Below, one piece after another: positions 1 through 13,640 of a stretch of DNA of 64,000 nt (positions are counted from its first letter, which is position 1; each line of letters opens with the position of its first letter). This stretch comes from Squalus acanthias (Eukaryota). The position numbers and the translations under genes were made by a program. Where the stretch lies: the NCBI GenBank assembly GCA_030390025.1, contig CM059452.1, positions 16,678,001-16,742,000 on the forward strand. Reading direction: 5' to 3'. A model generated the notes under the pieces. It searched no databases and was not told the origin of the DNA. It was given only the letters and a program-made list of their open reading frames with translations.

Positions 1-3000
1 CTGAACCTGACGCTACCTCACCAGCCCCTGTCCCAGACTGAACCAGACCCTCCCTCACCAGACCCTGTCCCAGACTGAACCAGACCCTCCCTCACCAGCC
101 TCTGTCCCAGACTGAACCAGACCCTCACTCACCTGTCCCTGTTCCTGAATGAACCAGACCCACCCTCATCAGTCCCTGTTCTTGACTGAAACAGACGCTC
201 GCCCACCGATCCCGGTCCCAGATTGAACCGGATCCTCCCTCACCGGTCCCGTCCCTGAGACAGAAAAATACAGTCCCTCAGCCGCCCATCTACCAGACTG
301 AAACAGACCACTTTCTCACAAGCCGCTGTCACAGACTGAACCAGACCCTCCGTCATCAGTTCCTGTCCCAGACTGAACTAGACCCTCCGTCACCAAACCC
401 TGTCCCAGACTGAACCAGACCCTCCCTCACAATCACTGTACCACGCTGAAAAAGACGCCCATCACCAGTCACTGTCCCAGACTGAACGAGCCCCAACCTC
501 ACCAGCCCCTGTTACAGACTGAACCAAACACTTCCTCACCAGCCCTTGTCCCAAACTTAACCAGACTCTCCCTCACCAGTCCCTGTTCCAGATTGAAGCA
601 GAACCCCCTCACCAGTCCCTGTCCCAGACGGACCCAGAACCACCCTCACCAGTCCCTTTTCCAGACTGAAACAGACCCTCCCTCATCAGTCACTCTCCCA
701 GACTGAACCAGACCCTCCCTCATCAGTCCGTATTCCAGACTGAAACAGACCCTCCCTCATCAGTCACTCTCCCAGACTGAACCAGACCCTCCCTCATCAG
801 TCACTCTCCCAGACTGAACCAGACCCTCCCTCATCAGTCCGTATTCCAGACTGAACCAGACCCTCACTCACCAGTCCCAGTCCCAGACTGAACCAGAACA
901 ACCCTCAACAGTCCCTGTTCCAGACAGAAGCAGATCCCCCTCACCAGTCCCTGTCCCAGACTGAACCAGAACCACCCTCACCAGTCCCTGTTCCAGACTG
1001 AAACAGACCCTCCCTCATCAGTCACTCTCCCAGACTGAACCAGACCCTCCCTCACCAGTCCCTGTTCCAGACTAAAACAGACCCTCCCTCACCAGTCCCT
1101 GTTCCAGACTGAAACAGACCCTCCCTCATCAGTCCGTATTCCAGACTGAACCAGACCCTCACTCACCAGTCACTCTCCCAAACTAACCCGGTACCTCCCT
1201 CACCAGCCTCTGTCCCAGACTGAACCAGACCCTCCCTCATCAGACCCTGTCCCAGACTGAAACAGACCCTCCCACACCAGCCCCTGTCCCAGACTGAAAC
1301 AGACCCTCCCTCACCAGTCCCTGTCCCAGACAGAAACAGACCCTGCCTCACCAGTCCCTGTTCCAAACTGAAACAGACCCTCCCTCATCAGTCCGTATAC
1401 CAGACTGAAACAGACCCTCACTCACCAGTCACTCTCCCAGACTAACCCGGTACCTCCCTCACCAATCCCAGTCCCAGACTGAACCAGACACTCCCTCATC
1501 AGTTCCTGTCCCAGACTCAAACAGAACCTCCATCACCAGCCTCTGTCCCAGACTGAAACAGACCCTCGTACACCAGCCCCTGTCCCAGACTGAACCAGAC
1601 CCTCCCTCACCAGCCTCTGTCCCAGACTGAACCAGACCCTCCCTCACCAGCCCCTGTCCCAGACGGAAACAGACCCTCCCTCACCAGCCTCTGTCCCAGA
1701 CTGAAACAGACCCTCCCTCACCAGCCTCTGTCCCAGACTGAAACAGACCCTCCCTGAGCAGTCCCTGTCCCAGACTGATCCTGGCCCTCCCTCACCAGTC
1801 CCTGTCCCAGACTGAAACAGACCCTCCCTCACCAGCCTCTGTCCCAGACTGATCCTGACCCTCCCTCACCAGTGTCTGTCCCAGACTGAAACAGACCCTC
1901 CATCACCAGCCTCTGTCCCAGACTGAAACAGACCCTCCCTCACCAGCCCCTGTCACAGACTGAAACAGACCCTCCCTCACCAGCCTCTGTCCCAGACTGA
2001 TCCTGACCCTCCCTCACCAGTGTCTGTCCCAGAATGAACCAGACCCTCCCTCATCAGTCCGTATACCAGACTGAACCAGACCCTCCCTCACCAGTCCCTG
2101 TTCCAGACTAAAACAGACCCTCCCTCACCAGTCCCTGTTCCAGACTGAAACAGACCCTCCCTCATCAGTCTGTATTCCAGACTGAAGTAGACCCTCATTC
2201 AACAGTCACTCTCCCAGACTGAACCAGACCCTCCCTCATCAGTCCGTATTCCAGACTGAACCAGACCCTCACTCACCAGTCACTCTCCCAGACTAACCCG
2301 GTACCTCCCTCACCAGTCCCAGTCCCAGACTGAACCAGACACTCCCTCATCAGTCCCTGTCCCAGACTGAAACAGACACTCACTCACCAGCCTCTGTCCC
2401 AGACTGAAACAGACCCTCCCTCACCAGCCTCTGTCCCAGACTGAACCAGACCCTCCATCACCAGCCCCTGTCCCAGACTGAAACAAACCCTCCCACACCA
2501 GCCTCTGTCCCAGACTGAACCAGACCCTCCATCATCAGTCCCTGTTCCAGACTGAAACAGACCCTCCCACACCAGCCTTTGTCCCAGACTGAAACAGACT
2601 CTCCCTCACCAGCCTCTGTCCCAGACTGAAACAGACCCTCCCACACCAGCCCATGTCCCAGACTGAAACAGACCCTCCATCACCAGCCTCTGTCCCAGCC
2701 TGAAACAGACCCTCCCACACCAGCCTCTGTCCAAGACTGAAACAGACCCTCCCTCACCAGTCACTGTCCCAGACTGAAACAGACCCTCCATCACCAGCCT
2801 CTGTCCCAGACTGAAACAGACCCTCCCTCAACAGCCTCTGTCCCAGACTGAAACAGACCCTCCCACACCAGCCTCTGTCCCAGACTGAAACAGACCCTCC
2901 CTCACCAGCCTCTGTCCCAGACTGAAACAGACCCTCACTCACCAGACTCTGTCCCAGACTGAAACAGACCCTCCCTCACCAGTCCCTGTCCCGGACTGAT

Positions 3001-6000
3001 CCTGACCCTCCCTCACCAGTCCCTGTCCCAGACTGAAACAGACCCTCCCTCACCAGTCCCTTTCCCTGACTGAAACAGACTCGCACTCACCAGCCTCGGT
3101 CCCAGACTGAAACAGACCCTCCCTCACCAGTCCCTGTCCCAGATAGAACCAGACCCTCCCTCACAGCCCCTGTCCCAGACAAAAACAGACCCTCCATCAC
3201 CAGCCTCTGTCCCAGACTGAAACAGACCCTCCCTCACCAGCCCCTGTCCCAGACTGAAACAGACCCTCCCTCACCAGCCTCTGTCCCAGACTGATCCTGA
3301 CCCTCCCTCACCAGTGTCTGTCCCAGACTGAAACAGACCCTCCATCACCAGCCTCTGTCCCAGACTGAAACAGACACTCCCTGACCAGCCCCTGTCCCAG
3401 ACTGATCCTGACCCCCCCTCAACAGTCCCTGTCCCAGACTGAAACAGACCCTCCATCACCAGCCGCTGTCCCAGAATTTTCCAGACCCTCCCTCACCAGC
3501 CCCTGTCCCAGACTGAACCAGACCCTCCCTCACCAGCTTCTGTCCCAGACTGAACCAGACCCTCCCTCACCAGCCCCTGTCCCAGACTGAAACAGACCCT
3601 CCCGCAACAGCCTCCGTCCCAGACTGAAACAGACCCTCCCTCACCAGCCTCTGTCCCAGACTGAAACAGACCCTCCCACACCAGCCTCTGTCCCAGACTG
3701 AAACAGACCCTCCATCACCAGCCTCTGTCCCAGACTGAAACAGACCCTCCCACACCAGCCCCTGTCCCAGACTGAAACAGACCCTCCATCACCAGCCTCT
3801 GTCCCAGACTGAAACAATCCCTCCCACACCAGCCTCTGTCCCAGACTGAAACAGACCCTCCCTCACCAGTCCCTGTCCCAGACTGAAACAGACCCTCCAT
3901 CACCAGCCTCTGCCACAGACTGAAACAGACCCTCCCTCACCAGCCTCTGTCCCAGACGGAAACAGACTCTACCTCACCAGTCCCTGTCCCTGACTGAAAC
4001 AGACCCTCCCACACCAGTCCCTGTCCCAGACAGAAACAGACCCTGCCTCACCAGTCCCTGTCCCAGACAGAAACAGACCCTGCCTCAGCAGTCCCTGTCC
4101 CAGACTGAAACAGACCCTCCCTCGCCAGTCCCTGACTCAGACTGAAACAGACCCTTCCTAACCAGTGTCTGTCCCAGACTGAAACAGACCCTCCCTCACC
4201 AGTGTCTGTCCCAGACTGAAACAGACCCTCCCTCACCAGTCGCTGTCCAAGACTGAACCAGACCCTCACTCACCGGTCCCTGTCCCAGACTAATCCAGAC
4301 CCTCCCTCACCAGTCTCTGTCCCAGACTGAAACAGACCCTCCCTCACCTGTCCCTGTCCCAGACAGAAACAGACCCTGCCTCACCAGTCCCTCTCCCAGA
4401 CAGAAACAGACCCTCCCTCACCAGTCCCTGTCCCAGACTGATCCTGACCCTCCTTCACCAGTCGCTGTCCCAGACTGAAACAGAACCTCCCTCACCAGTC
4501 CCTGTCCCAGACTGAAACAGACCCTCCCTCACAGCCCCTGTCCCAGACAGAAACAGACCCTCCATCACCAGCCTCTGTCCCAGACTGAAACAGACGCTCC
4601 CTCACCAGCCCCTGTCCCAGACTGAAACAGACTCTCCCTCACCAGCCTCTGTCCCAGACTGATTCTGACCCTCCCTCACCAGTATCTGTCCCAGACTGAA
4701 ACAGACCCTCCATCACCAGCCTCTGTCCCAGACTGAAACAATCCCTCCCACACCAGCCTCTGTCCCAGACTGAAACAGACCCTTCCTCACCAAACCCTGT
4801 CCCAGACTGAAACAGACCCTGCATCACCAGCCTCTGTCCCAGACTGAAACAGACCCTCCCTCACCAGCCTCTGTCCCTGACTGAAACAGACCCTCCCAAA
4901 CCAGCCTCTGTCCCAGACGGAAACAGACTCTACCTCACCAGTCCCTGTCCCTGACTGAAACAGACCCTCCCTCGCCAGTCCCTGACTCAGACTGAAACAG
5001 ACCCTCCCTCACCAGTGTCTGTCTCAGACTGAAACAGACCCTCCCTCACCAGTCGCTGTCCCAGACTGAACCAGACCCTCACTCACCGGTCCCTGTCCCA
5101 GACTAATCCAAACCCTCCCTCACCAGTCTCTGTCCCAGACTGAAACAGACCCTCCCTAACCTGTCCCTGTCCCAGACAGAAACAGACCCTCCCTCACCAG
5201 TCCCTGTCCCAGACTGATCCTGACCCTCCTTCACCAGTCGCTGTCCCAGACTGAAACAGAATCTCCCTCACCAGTCCCTGTCCCAGACTGAAACAGACCC
5301 TCCCTCACAGCCCCTGTCCCAGACAGAAACAGACCCTCCATCACCAGCCTCTGTCCCAGACTGAAACAGACCCTCCCTCACCAGCCCCTGTCCCAGACTG
5401 AAACGGACCCTCCCTCACCAGCCTCTGTCCCAGACTGATCCTGACCCTCCCTCACCAGTATCTGTCCCAGACTGAAACAGACCCTCCATCACCAGCCTCT
5501 GTCCCAGACTGAAACAGACACTCCCTAACCAGCCCCTGTCCCAGACTGATCCTGACCATTCCTCACCAGTCCCTGTCCCAGACAGAAACAGACCCTCCAT
5601 CACCAGCCCCTGTCCCAGACTGATCCAGACACTCCCTCACCAGTCCCTGTCCCAGATTGAAACAGACCCTCCCTCACCAGCCTCTGTCCCAGACTGAAAC
5701 AGACCCTCACTCACCAGCCTCTGTCCCAGACGGAAACAGACCCGCCCTCACCAGCCTCTGTCCCAGAGTGAAACAGACCCTCCCTCACCAGCCTCTGTCC
5801 CAGACTGAAACAGACCCTCACTTACCAGCCTCTGTCCCAGACTGAAACAGACCCTCCCTGACCAGTCCCTGTCCCAGACTGATCCTGACCCTCCCTCACC
5901 AGTCCCTGTCCCAGACTGAAACAGACCCTCCCTCACCAGTCCCTGTCCCTGACTGAAACAGACTCTCCCTCACCAGCCTCGGTCCCAGACTGAAACAGAC

Positions 6001-9000
6001 CCTCCCTCACCATTCCCTGTCCCAGATAGAACCAGACCCTCCCTCACAACCCCTGTCCCAGACAGAAACAGACCCTCCATCACCAGCCTCTGTCCCAGAC
6101 TGAAACAGACCCTCCCTCACCAGCCCCTGTCCCCGACTGAAACAGACCCTCCCTCACCAGCCTCTGTCCCAGACTGATCCTGACCCTCCCTCACCAGTGT
6201 CTGTCCCAGACTGAAACAGACCCTCCATCACCAGCCTCTGTCCCAGACTGAAACAGACCCTCCCTCACCAGCCCCTGTCACAGACTGAAACAGACCCTCC
6301 CTCACCAGCCTCTGTCCCAGACTGATCCTGACCCTCCCTCACCAGTGTCTGTCCCAGAATGAACCAGACCCTCCCTCATCAGTCCGTATTCCAGACTGAA
6401 CCAGACCCTCCCTCACCAGTCCCTGTTCCAGACTAAAACAGACCCTCCCTCACCAGTCCCTGTTCCAGACTGAAACAGACCCTCCCTAATCAGCCTGTAT
6501 TCCAGACTGAACCAGACCCTCATTCACCAGTCACTCTCCCAGACTGAACCAGACCCTCCCTCATCAGTCCGTATTCCAGACTGAACCAGACCCTCACTCA
6601 CCAGTCACTCTCCCAGACTAACCCGGTACCTCCCTCACCAGTCCCAGTCCCAGACTGAACCAGACACTCCCTCATCAGTCCCTGTCCCAGACTGAAACAG
6701 ACACTCACTCACCAGCCTCTGTCCCAGACTGAAACAGACCCTCCCTCACCAGCCTCTGTCCCAGACTGAACCAGACCCTCCATCACCAGCCCCTGTCCCA
6801 GACTGAAACAAACCCTCCCACACCAGCCTCTGTCCCAGACTGAACCAGACCCTCCATCATCAGTCCCTGTTCCAGACTGAAACAGACCCTCCCACACCAG
6901 CCTTTGTCCCAGACTGAAACAGACTCTCCCTCACCAGCCTCTGTCCCAGACTGAAACAGACCCTCCCACACCAGCCCATGTCCCAGACTGAAACAGACCC
7001 TCCATCACCAGCCTCTGTCCCAGCCTGAAACAGACCCTCCCACACCAGCCTCTGTCCAAGACTGAAACAGACCCTCCCTCACCAGTCACTGTCCCAGACT
7101 GAAACAGACCCTCCATCACCAGCCTCTGTCCCAGACTGAAACAGACCCTCCCTCACCAGCCTCTGTCCCAGACTGAAACAGACCCTCCCTCAACAGCCTC
7201 TGTCCCAGACTGAAACAGACCCTCCCACACCAGCCTCTGTCCCAGACTGAAACAGACCCTCCCTCACCAGCCTCTGTCCCAGACTGAAACAGACCCTCAC
7301 TCACCAGACTCTGTCCCAGACTGAAACAGACCCTCCCTCACCAGTCCCTGTCCCGGACTGATCCTGACCCTCCCTCACCAGTCCCTGTCCCAGACTGAAA
7401 CAGACCCTCCCTCACCAGTCCCTTTCCCTGACTGAAACAGACTCGCACTCACCAGCCTCGGTCCCAGACTGAAACAGACCCTCCCTCACCAGTCCCTGTC
7501 CCAGATAGAACCAGACCCTCCCTCACAGCCCCTGTCCCAGACAGAAACAGACCCTCCATCACCAGCCTCTGTCCCAGACGGAAACAGACCCTCCCTCACC
7601 AGCCCCTGTCCCAGACTGAAACAGACCCTCCCTCACCAGCCTCTGTCCCAGACTGATCCTGACCCTCCCTCACCAGTGTCTGTCCCAGACTGAAACAGAC
7701 CCTCCATCACCAGCCTCTGTCCCAGACTGAAACAGACACTCCCTGACCAGCCCCTGTCCCAGACTGAAACAGACCCTCCATCACCAGCCTCTGCCACAGA
7801 CAGAAACAGACCCTGCCTCACCAGTCCCTGTCCCAGACAGAAACAGACCCTGCCTCAGCAGTCCCTGTCCCAGACTGAAACAGACCCTCCCTCGCCAGTC
7901 CCTGACTCAGACTGAAACAGACCCTTCCTAACCAGTGTCTGTCCCAGACTGAAACAGACCCTCCCTCACCAGTGTCTGTCCCAGACTGAAACAGACCCTC
8001 CCTCACCAGTCGCTGTCCAAGACTGAACCAGACCCTCACTCACCGGTCCCTGTCCCAGACTAATCCAGACCCTCCCTCACCAGTCTCTGTCCCAGACTGA
8101 AACAGACCCTCCCTCACCTGTCCCTGTCCCAGACAGAAACAGACCCTGCCTCACCAGTCCCTCTCCCAGACAGAAACAGACCCTCCCTCACCAGTCCCTG
8201 TCCCAGACTGATCCTGACCCTCCTTCACCAGTCGCTGTCCCAGACTGAAACAGAACCTCCCTCACCAGTCCCTGTCCCAGACTGAAACAGACCCTCCCTC
8301 ACAGCCCCTGTCCCAGACAGAAACAGACCCTCCATCACCAGCCTCTGTCCCAGACTGAAACAGACGCTCCCTCACCAGCCCCTGTCCCAGACTGAAACAG
8401 ACTCTCCCTCACCAGCCTCTGTCCCAGACTGATTCTGACCCTCCCTCACCAGTATCTGTCCCAGACTGAAACAGACCCTCCATCACCAGCCTCTGTCCCA
8501 GACTGAAACAATCCCTCCCACACCAGCCTCTGTCCCAGACTGAAACAGACCCTCCCTCACCAAACCCTGTCCCAGACTGAAACAGACCCTGCATCACCAG
8601 CCTCTGTCCCAGACTGAAACAGACCCTCCCTCACCAGCCTCTGTCCCTGACTGAAACAGACCCTCCCAAACCAGCCTCTGTCCCAGACGGAAACAGACTC
8701 TACCTCACCAGTCCCTGTCCCTGACTGAAACAGACCCTCCCTCGCCAGTCCCTGACTCAGACTGAAACAGACCCTCCCTCACCAGTGTCTGTCCCAGACT
8801 GAAACAGACCCTCCCTCACCAGTCGCTGTCCCAGACTGAACCAGACCCTCACTCACCGGTCCCTGTCCCAGACTAATCCAAACCCTCCCTCACCAGTCTC
8901 TGTCCCAGACTGAAACAGACCCTCCCTAACCTGTCCCTGTCCCAGACAGAAACAGACCCTCCCTCACCAGTCCCTGTCCCAGACTGATCCTGACCCTCCT

Positions 9001-12000
9001 TCACCAGTCGCTGTCCCAGACTGAAACAGAATCTCCCTCACCAGTCCCTGTCCCAGACTGAAACAGACCCTCCCTCACAGCCCCTGTCCCAGACAGAAAC
9101 AGACCCTCCATCACCAGCCTCTGTCCCAGACTGAAACAGACCCTCCCTCACCAGCCCCTGTCCCAGACTGAAACGGACCCTCCCTCACCAGCCTCTGTCC
9201 CAGACTGATCCTGACCCTCCCTCACCAGTATCTGTCCCAGACTGAAACAGACCCTCCATCACCAGCCTCTGTCCCAGACTGAAACAGACACTCCCTGACC
9301 AGCCCCTGTCCCAGACTGATCCTGACCATTCCTCACCAGTCCCTGTCCCAGACAGAAACAGACCCTCCATCACCAGCCCCTGTCCCAGACTGATCCAGAC
9401 CCTCCCTCACCAGTCCCTGTCCCAGATTGAAACAGACCCTCCCTCACCAGCCTCTGTCCCAGACTGAAACAGACCCTCACTCACCAGCCTCTGTCCCAGA
9501 CGGAAACAGACCCGCCCTCACCAGCCTCTGTCCCAGAGTGAAACAGACCCTCCCTCACCAGCCTCTGTCCCAGACTGAAACAGACCCTCACTTACCAGCC
9601 TCTGTCCCAGACTGAAACAGACCCTCCCTGACCAGTCCCTGTCCCAGACTGATCCTGACCCTCCCTCACCAGTCCCTGTCCCAGACTGAAACAGACCCTC
9701 CCTCACCAGTCCCTGTCCCTGACTGAAACAGACTCTCCCTCACCAGCCTCGGTCCCAGACTGAAACAGACCCTCCCTCACCATTCCCTGTCCCAGATAGA
9801 ACCAGACCCTCCCTCACAACCCCTGTCCCAGACAGAAACAGACCCTCCATCACCAGCCTCTGTCCCAGACTGAAACAGACCCTCCCTCACCAGCCCCTGT
9901 CCCAGACTGAAACAGACCCTCCCTCACCAGCCTCTGTCCCAGACTGATCCTGACCCTCCCTCACCAGTGTCTGTCCCAGACTGAAACAGACCCTCCATCA
10001 CCAGCCTCTGTCCCAGACTGAAACAGACCCTCCCTCACCAGCCCCTGTCACAGACTGAAACAGACCCTCCCTCACCAGCCTCTGTCCCAGACTGATCCTG
10101 ACCCTCCCTCACCAGTGTCTGTCCCAGAATGAACCAGACCCTCCCTCATCAGTCCGTATTCCAGACTGAACCAGACCCTCCCTCACCAGTCCCTGTTCCA
10201 GACTAAAACAGACCCTCCCTCACCAGTCCCTGTTCCAGACTGAAACAGACCCTCCCTAATCAGCCTGTATTCCAGACTGAACCAGACCCTCATTCACCAG
10301 TCACTCTCCCAGACTGAACCAGACCCTCCCTCATCAGTCCGTATTCCAGACTGAACCAGACCCTCACTCACCAGTCACTCTCCCAGACTAACCCGGTACC
10401 TCCCTCACCAGTCCCAGTCCCAGACTGAACCAGACACTCCCTCATCAGTCCCTGTCCCAGACTGAAACAGACCCTCCCTCACCAGCCTCTGTCCCAGACT
10501 GATCCTGACCCTCCCTCACCAGCCACTGTCACAGACTGAAACAGACCCTCCCTCACCAGTCCCTGTCCCAGACTGAAACAGATCCTCCCACACCAGCCCC
10601 TGTCCCAGACTGATCCTGACCCTCCCTCACCAGTGTCTGTCCCAGACTGAAACAGACCCTCCCTCACCAGTCCCTGTCCCAGACTGAAACAGACCCTCCC
10701 TCACCAGTCCCTGTCCCAGACTGAAGCAGACCCTCCCTCACCAGTCCCTGTCCCAGACTGAAGCAGACCCTCCCTCACCAGTCCCTGTCCCAGACTGAAA
10801 CAGACCCTCCCTCACCTGTCCCTGTCCCAGACTGAAACAGACCCTCCCTCACCAGTCCCTGTCCCAGACTGAAGCAGACCCTCCCTCACCAGTCCCTGTC
10901 CCAGACTGAAGCAGACCCTCCCTCACCAGTCCCTGTCCCAGACTGAAACAGACCCTCCCTCACCAGTCCCTGTCCCAGACTGAAGCAAACCCTCCCTCAC
11001 CAGTCCCTGTCCCAGACTGAAGCAGACCCTCCCTCACCAGTCCCTGTCCCAGACTGATCCTGACCCTCCCTCATTAGTCCCTGTCCCAGACTGAAGCAGA
11101 CCCTCCCTCACCAGTCCCTGTCCCAGACTGATCCTGACCCTCCCTCACCAGCCTCTGTCCCAGACTGAAACAGACCCTCACTCACCAGTCCCTGTCCCAG
11201 ACTGAACCAGACCCTCCCTCACCAGCCTCTGTCCCAGACTGAAACAGACCCTCCCTCACCAGCCTCGGTCCCATACTGAAAAAGACCCTCCCACATCAGC
11301 CTCTGTCCCAGACTAAACCAGACATAGCCTCATCAGCCCCTGTCCCAGACTGAACCAGACCCTCCCTCACCAGCCCCTGTCCCAGACTGAACCAGACCCT
11401 CCCTTATCAGCCCTGTCGCAGACTTTCCCAGATCCTCCCTCATCTGCCCCTGTCCCAGACTGAAACAGACCCTCCCTCATCAGCCCCTGTCCCAGACTGA
11501 ACCAGACCCTCCCTCATCAGCCCTTGTTCCAGACTGAACCAGATCCACCCTCACCAGTCCCTGACCAAGACTGAAACAGACCCTCGCTCAAAATCTTTTA
11601 ACCCAGACTGAACCAGACCCTCCCTCACCAGCCTCTGTCCCATACTTTCCCAGACCCGCCATCACCAGCCCCTGTCCCAAACTGGACCAGTCCCTCCCTC
11701 ACCTGTCCCTGTCCCAGACTGAAGCAGACCCTCCCTCACCAGTCCCTCTCCCAGACTGATCTAGATCATCACTCACCGGCCACTGTCCCAGATAGAACCA
11801 GACACTCACTCACCAGCCCCTGTCCCAGACTGAACCAGACCCTCCCTCACCAGTCCCTGTCCCAGACTGAAGCAGACCCTCCCTCACCAGTCCCTGTGCC
11901 AGACTGAGCCAGACCCTCACTCACCGGCCACGATCCCAGATAGAACCAGACACTCCCTCACCAATCCCTGTCCCAAAGTGAACCAGACCCTCCCTCACCA

Positions 12001-12349
12001 GCCCCTGACCCAGACTAATCCAGACCCTCCATCACAAGCCCCTTTCCCAGACTGGACCAGACGCCCCGTCACCCGACCATGTCTCAGACTAAACCAGACT
12101 CAACCTCACCAGTCCCTTTCCCAGACTTAACCAGACCCTCCCACACCCGTCCCTGTCCCAGACTTAACCAGACCCTCTCACACCAGCCCCTGTCCCAGCC
12201 TAATCCAGACCCTCCCTCACCCGTCCCGTCACCCGACCATGTCCCAGACTAAACCAGATTCAACCTCACCAGTCCCCATCCCAGACTGAACCAGACCCAC
12301 CCTCACTAGTCCCTTTCCCAGATTGTACCAGACCCTCCCACACCAGCCC
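1..12349. repeat. 37-bp tandem satellite (consensus CCAGACTGAAACAGACCCTCCCTCACCAGYCYCTGTC), roughly 330 monomers, running off the left edge of the window
   Basis: 37-nt periodicity is directly visible. Monomers are degenerate at ~1-600 and ~11300-12349 and homogeneous in the middle. The 61-73 aa ORFs here are read-throughs of the repeat. Confidence 0.97.
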
Positions 12350-13074
12350 ATCACCTGCCCCTGATTAGAGATTTCTCCCCTCTACCGAAACAGAATAACT
12401 GCATATTTCTCATAATGTCTACATCATTAAAGCAATAGATCATTATATAATTTTATAAAGAGGCCACCTGTAAGTGTGCGTGCGTCACCCTCAGTGATCC
12501 GGGTACCAGTTCCACATGGGAACAAAGCACTGCCAGGATTATCTACTTTACAACTTCCGCAATAACTATATCCTAATAGAACTTTTAATTCATTATCACT
12601 GACAGTGTCACCGATCGTGCTGATCTATAGTCAGGAGATTACAGTTAACTGTATATTTATGTATAATATATCATTCAAGAAGTTTTAATTTGAAGTACAA
12701 TGTTTCATACAGAGAATATGTAATCCTATCTGGTCCACAGTACATGCAGGTGGATGCAATGGTTTGGTATATAGCTATAGTGTTCCAAGTATTAGAGTGA
12801 AAGGCGCTCAGTGATGGTCCGGCTGAGCACTGATGTGTTCAGGGTTGATGGGGAGGGTGATGTGAGGGGTTGAAACAGATTGTGACAGAGGCACCGGCAG
12901 GCCCTGTTCACCGACATGTAAGGCGCGGAAGAATGACAAGAATATCGCTGACAAAAACAACACCATCGCTCCGAATGACATTTACTTCATTTTCAACACT
13001 ATTGACAATTCGGGAAATATAAACAGATGAGTTAGTAAACCAGGTGACTGTTCCCAGGTAACTTTATCCTGTTT

Positions 13075-13460
13075 CTCCCACCCAGAGACTTCAGCACATA
13101 TATTAGGCTGACCCTCCAGTCAGTACTGAGGGAGAGCTGCACTGTCCGAAGTGCGGTCTCTCGGATGAGACGTTAAACCGAGACCCCGTTCTCTTGCTCA
13201 GGTGGATGTAAAAGATTCCATGGCATTATTTCGAAGAAGACCAAGGGAGTTCTCCCCGATGTCCTGCTCATAATTTATCCCTGAAAAAATATCACTAAAG
13301 CAGATTATCTGTTAATTTGTCTCATTGCTGTTTGTGGGACCTTACTGTGCCTAAATTATCTGATTGTTTCCTATATCACAACATTTCCAAAAATGTACTT
13401 CAGCGGCTGTAAAGCGATTTGGGCCTCCAAGAAAGGCGATATATAAATGCAGGTCTTTCT
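13075..13460 (+). mobile_element. DeuSINE-type (SacSINE1-like) SINE, 5' truncated
   Basis: Core GGATGAGACGTTAAACCGAG...AAAGATTCCATGGCA and 3' tail AAAGGCGATATATAAATGCAGG are shared with the copy at 35845-36318. Confidence 0.7.
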
Positions 13461-13640
13461 TTAGTCGCTTTTTCCACATGCCTGATATCATTGATTTCAT
13501 TACCAACAACATTCACACTATTCTCAAAACAACAACCGCTGCACTAATCTATCCCTTATACCAACACAGTACAAGCAAGGGCGGTAATCAATACCAATTA
13601 ATCCTCATCCAAGTCATGCAATACCTAATTTATCACATTA

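Noticed and set aside
1163-10667. About 30 similar 61-73 aa ORFs (EGLFQSGTEAGEGGSVSVWDRGW...)
   Set aside because: Translations of the 37-bp satellite cycling through frames; no gene structure.
1-12349. CRISPR-like or coding repeat array; CCTCCCTCACCAG resembling the human PRDM9 hotspot motif
   Set aside because: There are no unique spacers, the context is a vertebrate genome, and 37 is not a multiple of 3. The PRDM9 motif is human-allele specific and not transferable to sharks.
12488-12570. Minus-strand J-like peptide (FPCGTGTRITEG) with a possible RSS
   Set aside because: Lacks the F/W-G-x-G motif proper. The heptamer is poor and the best nonamer is 6/9 at a 24-nt spacer. Compatible with chance.
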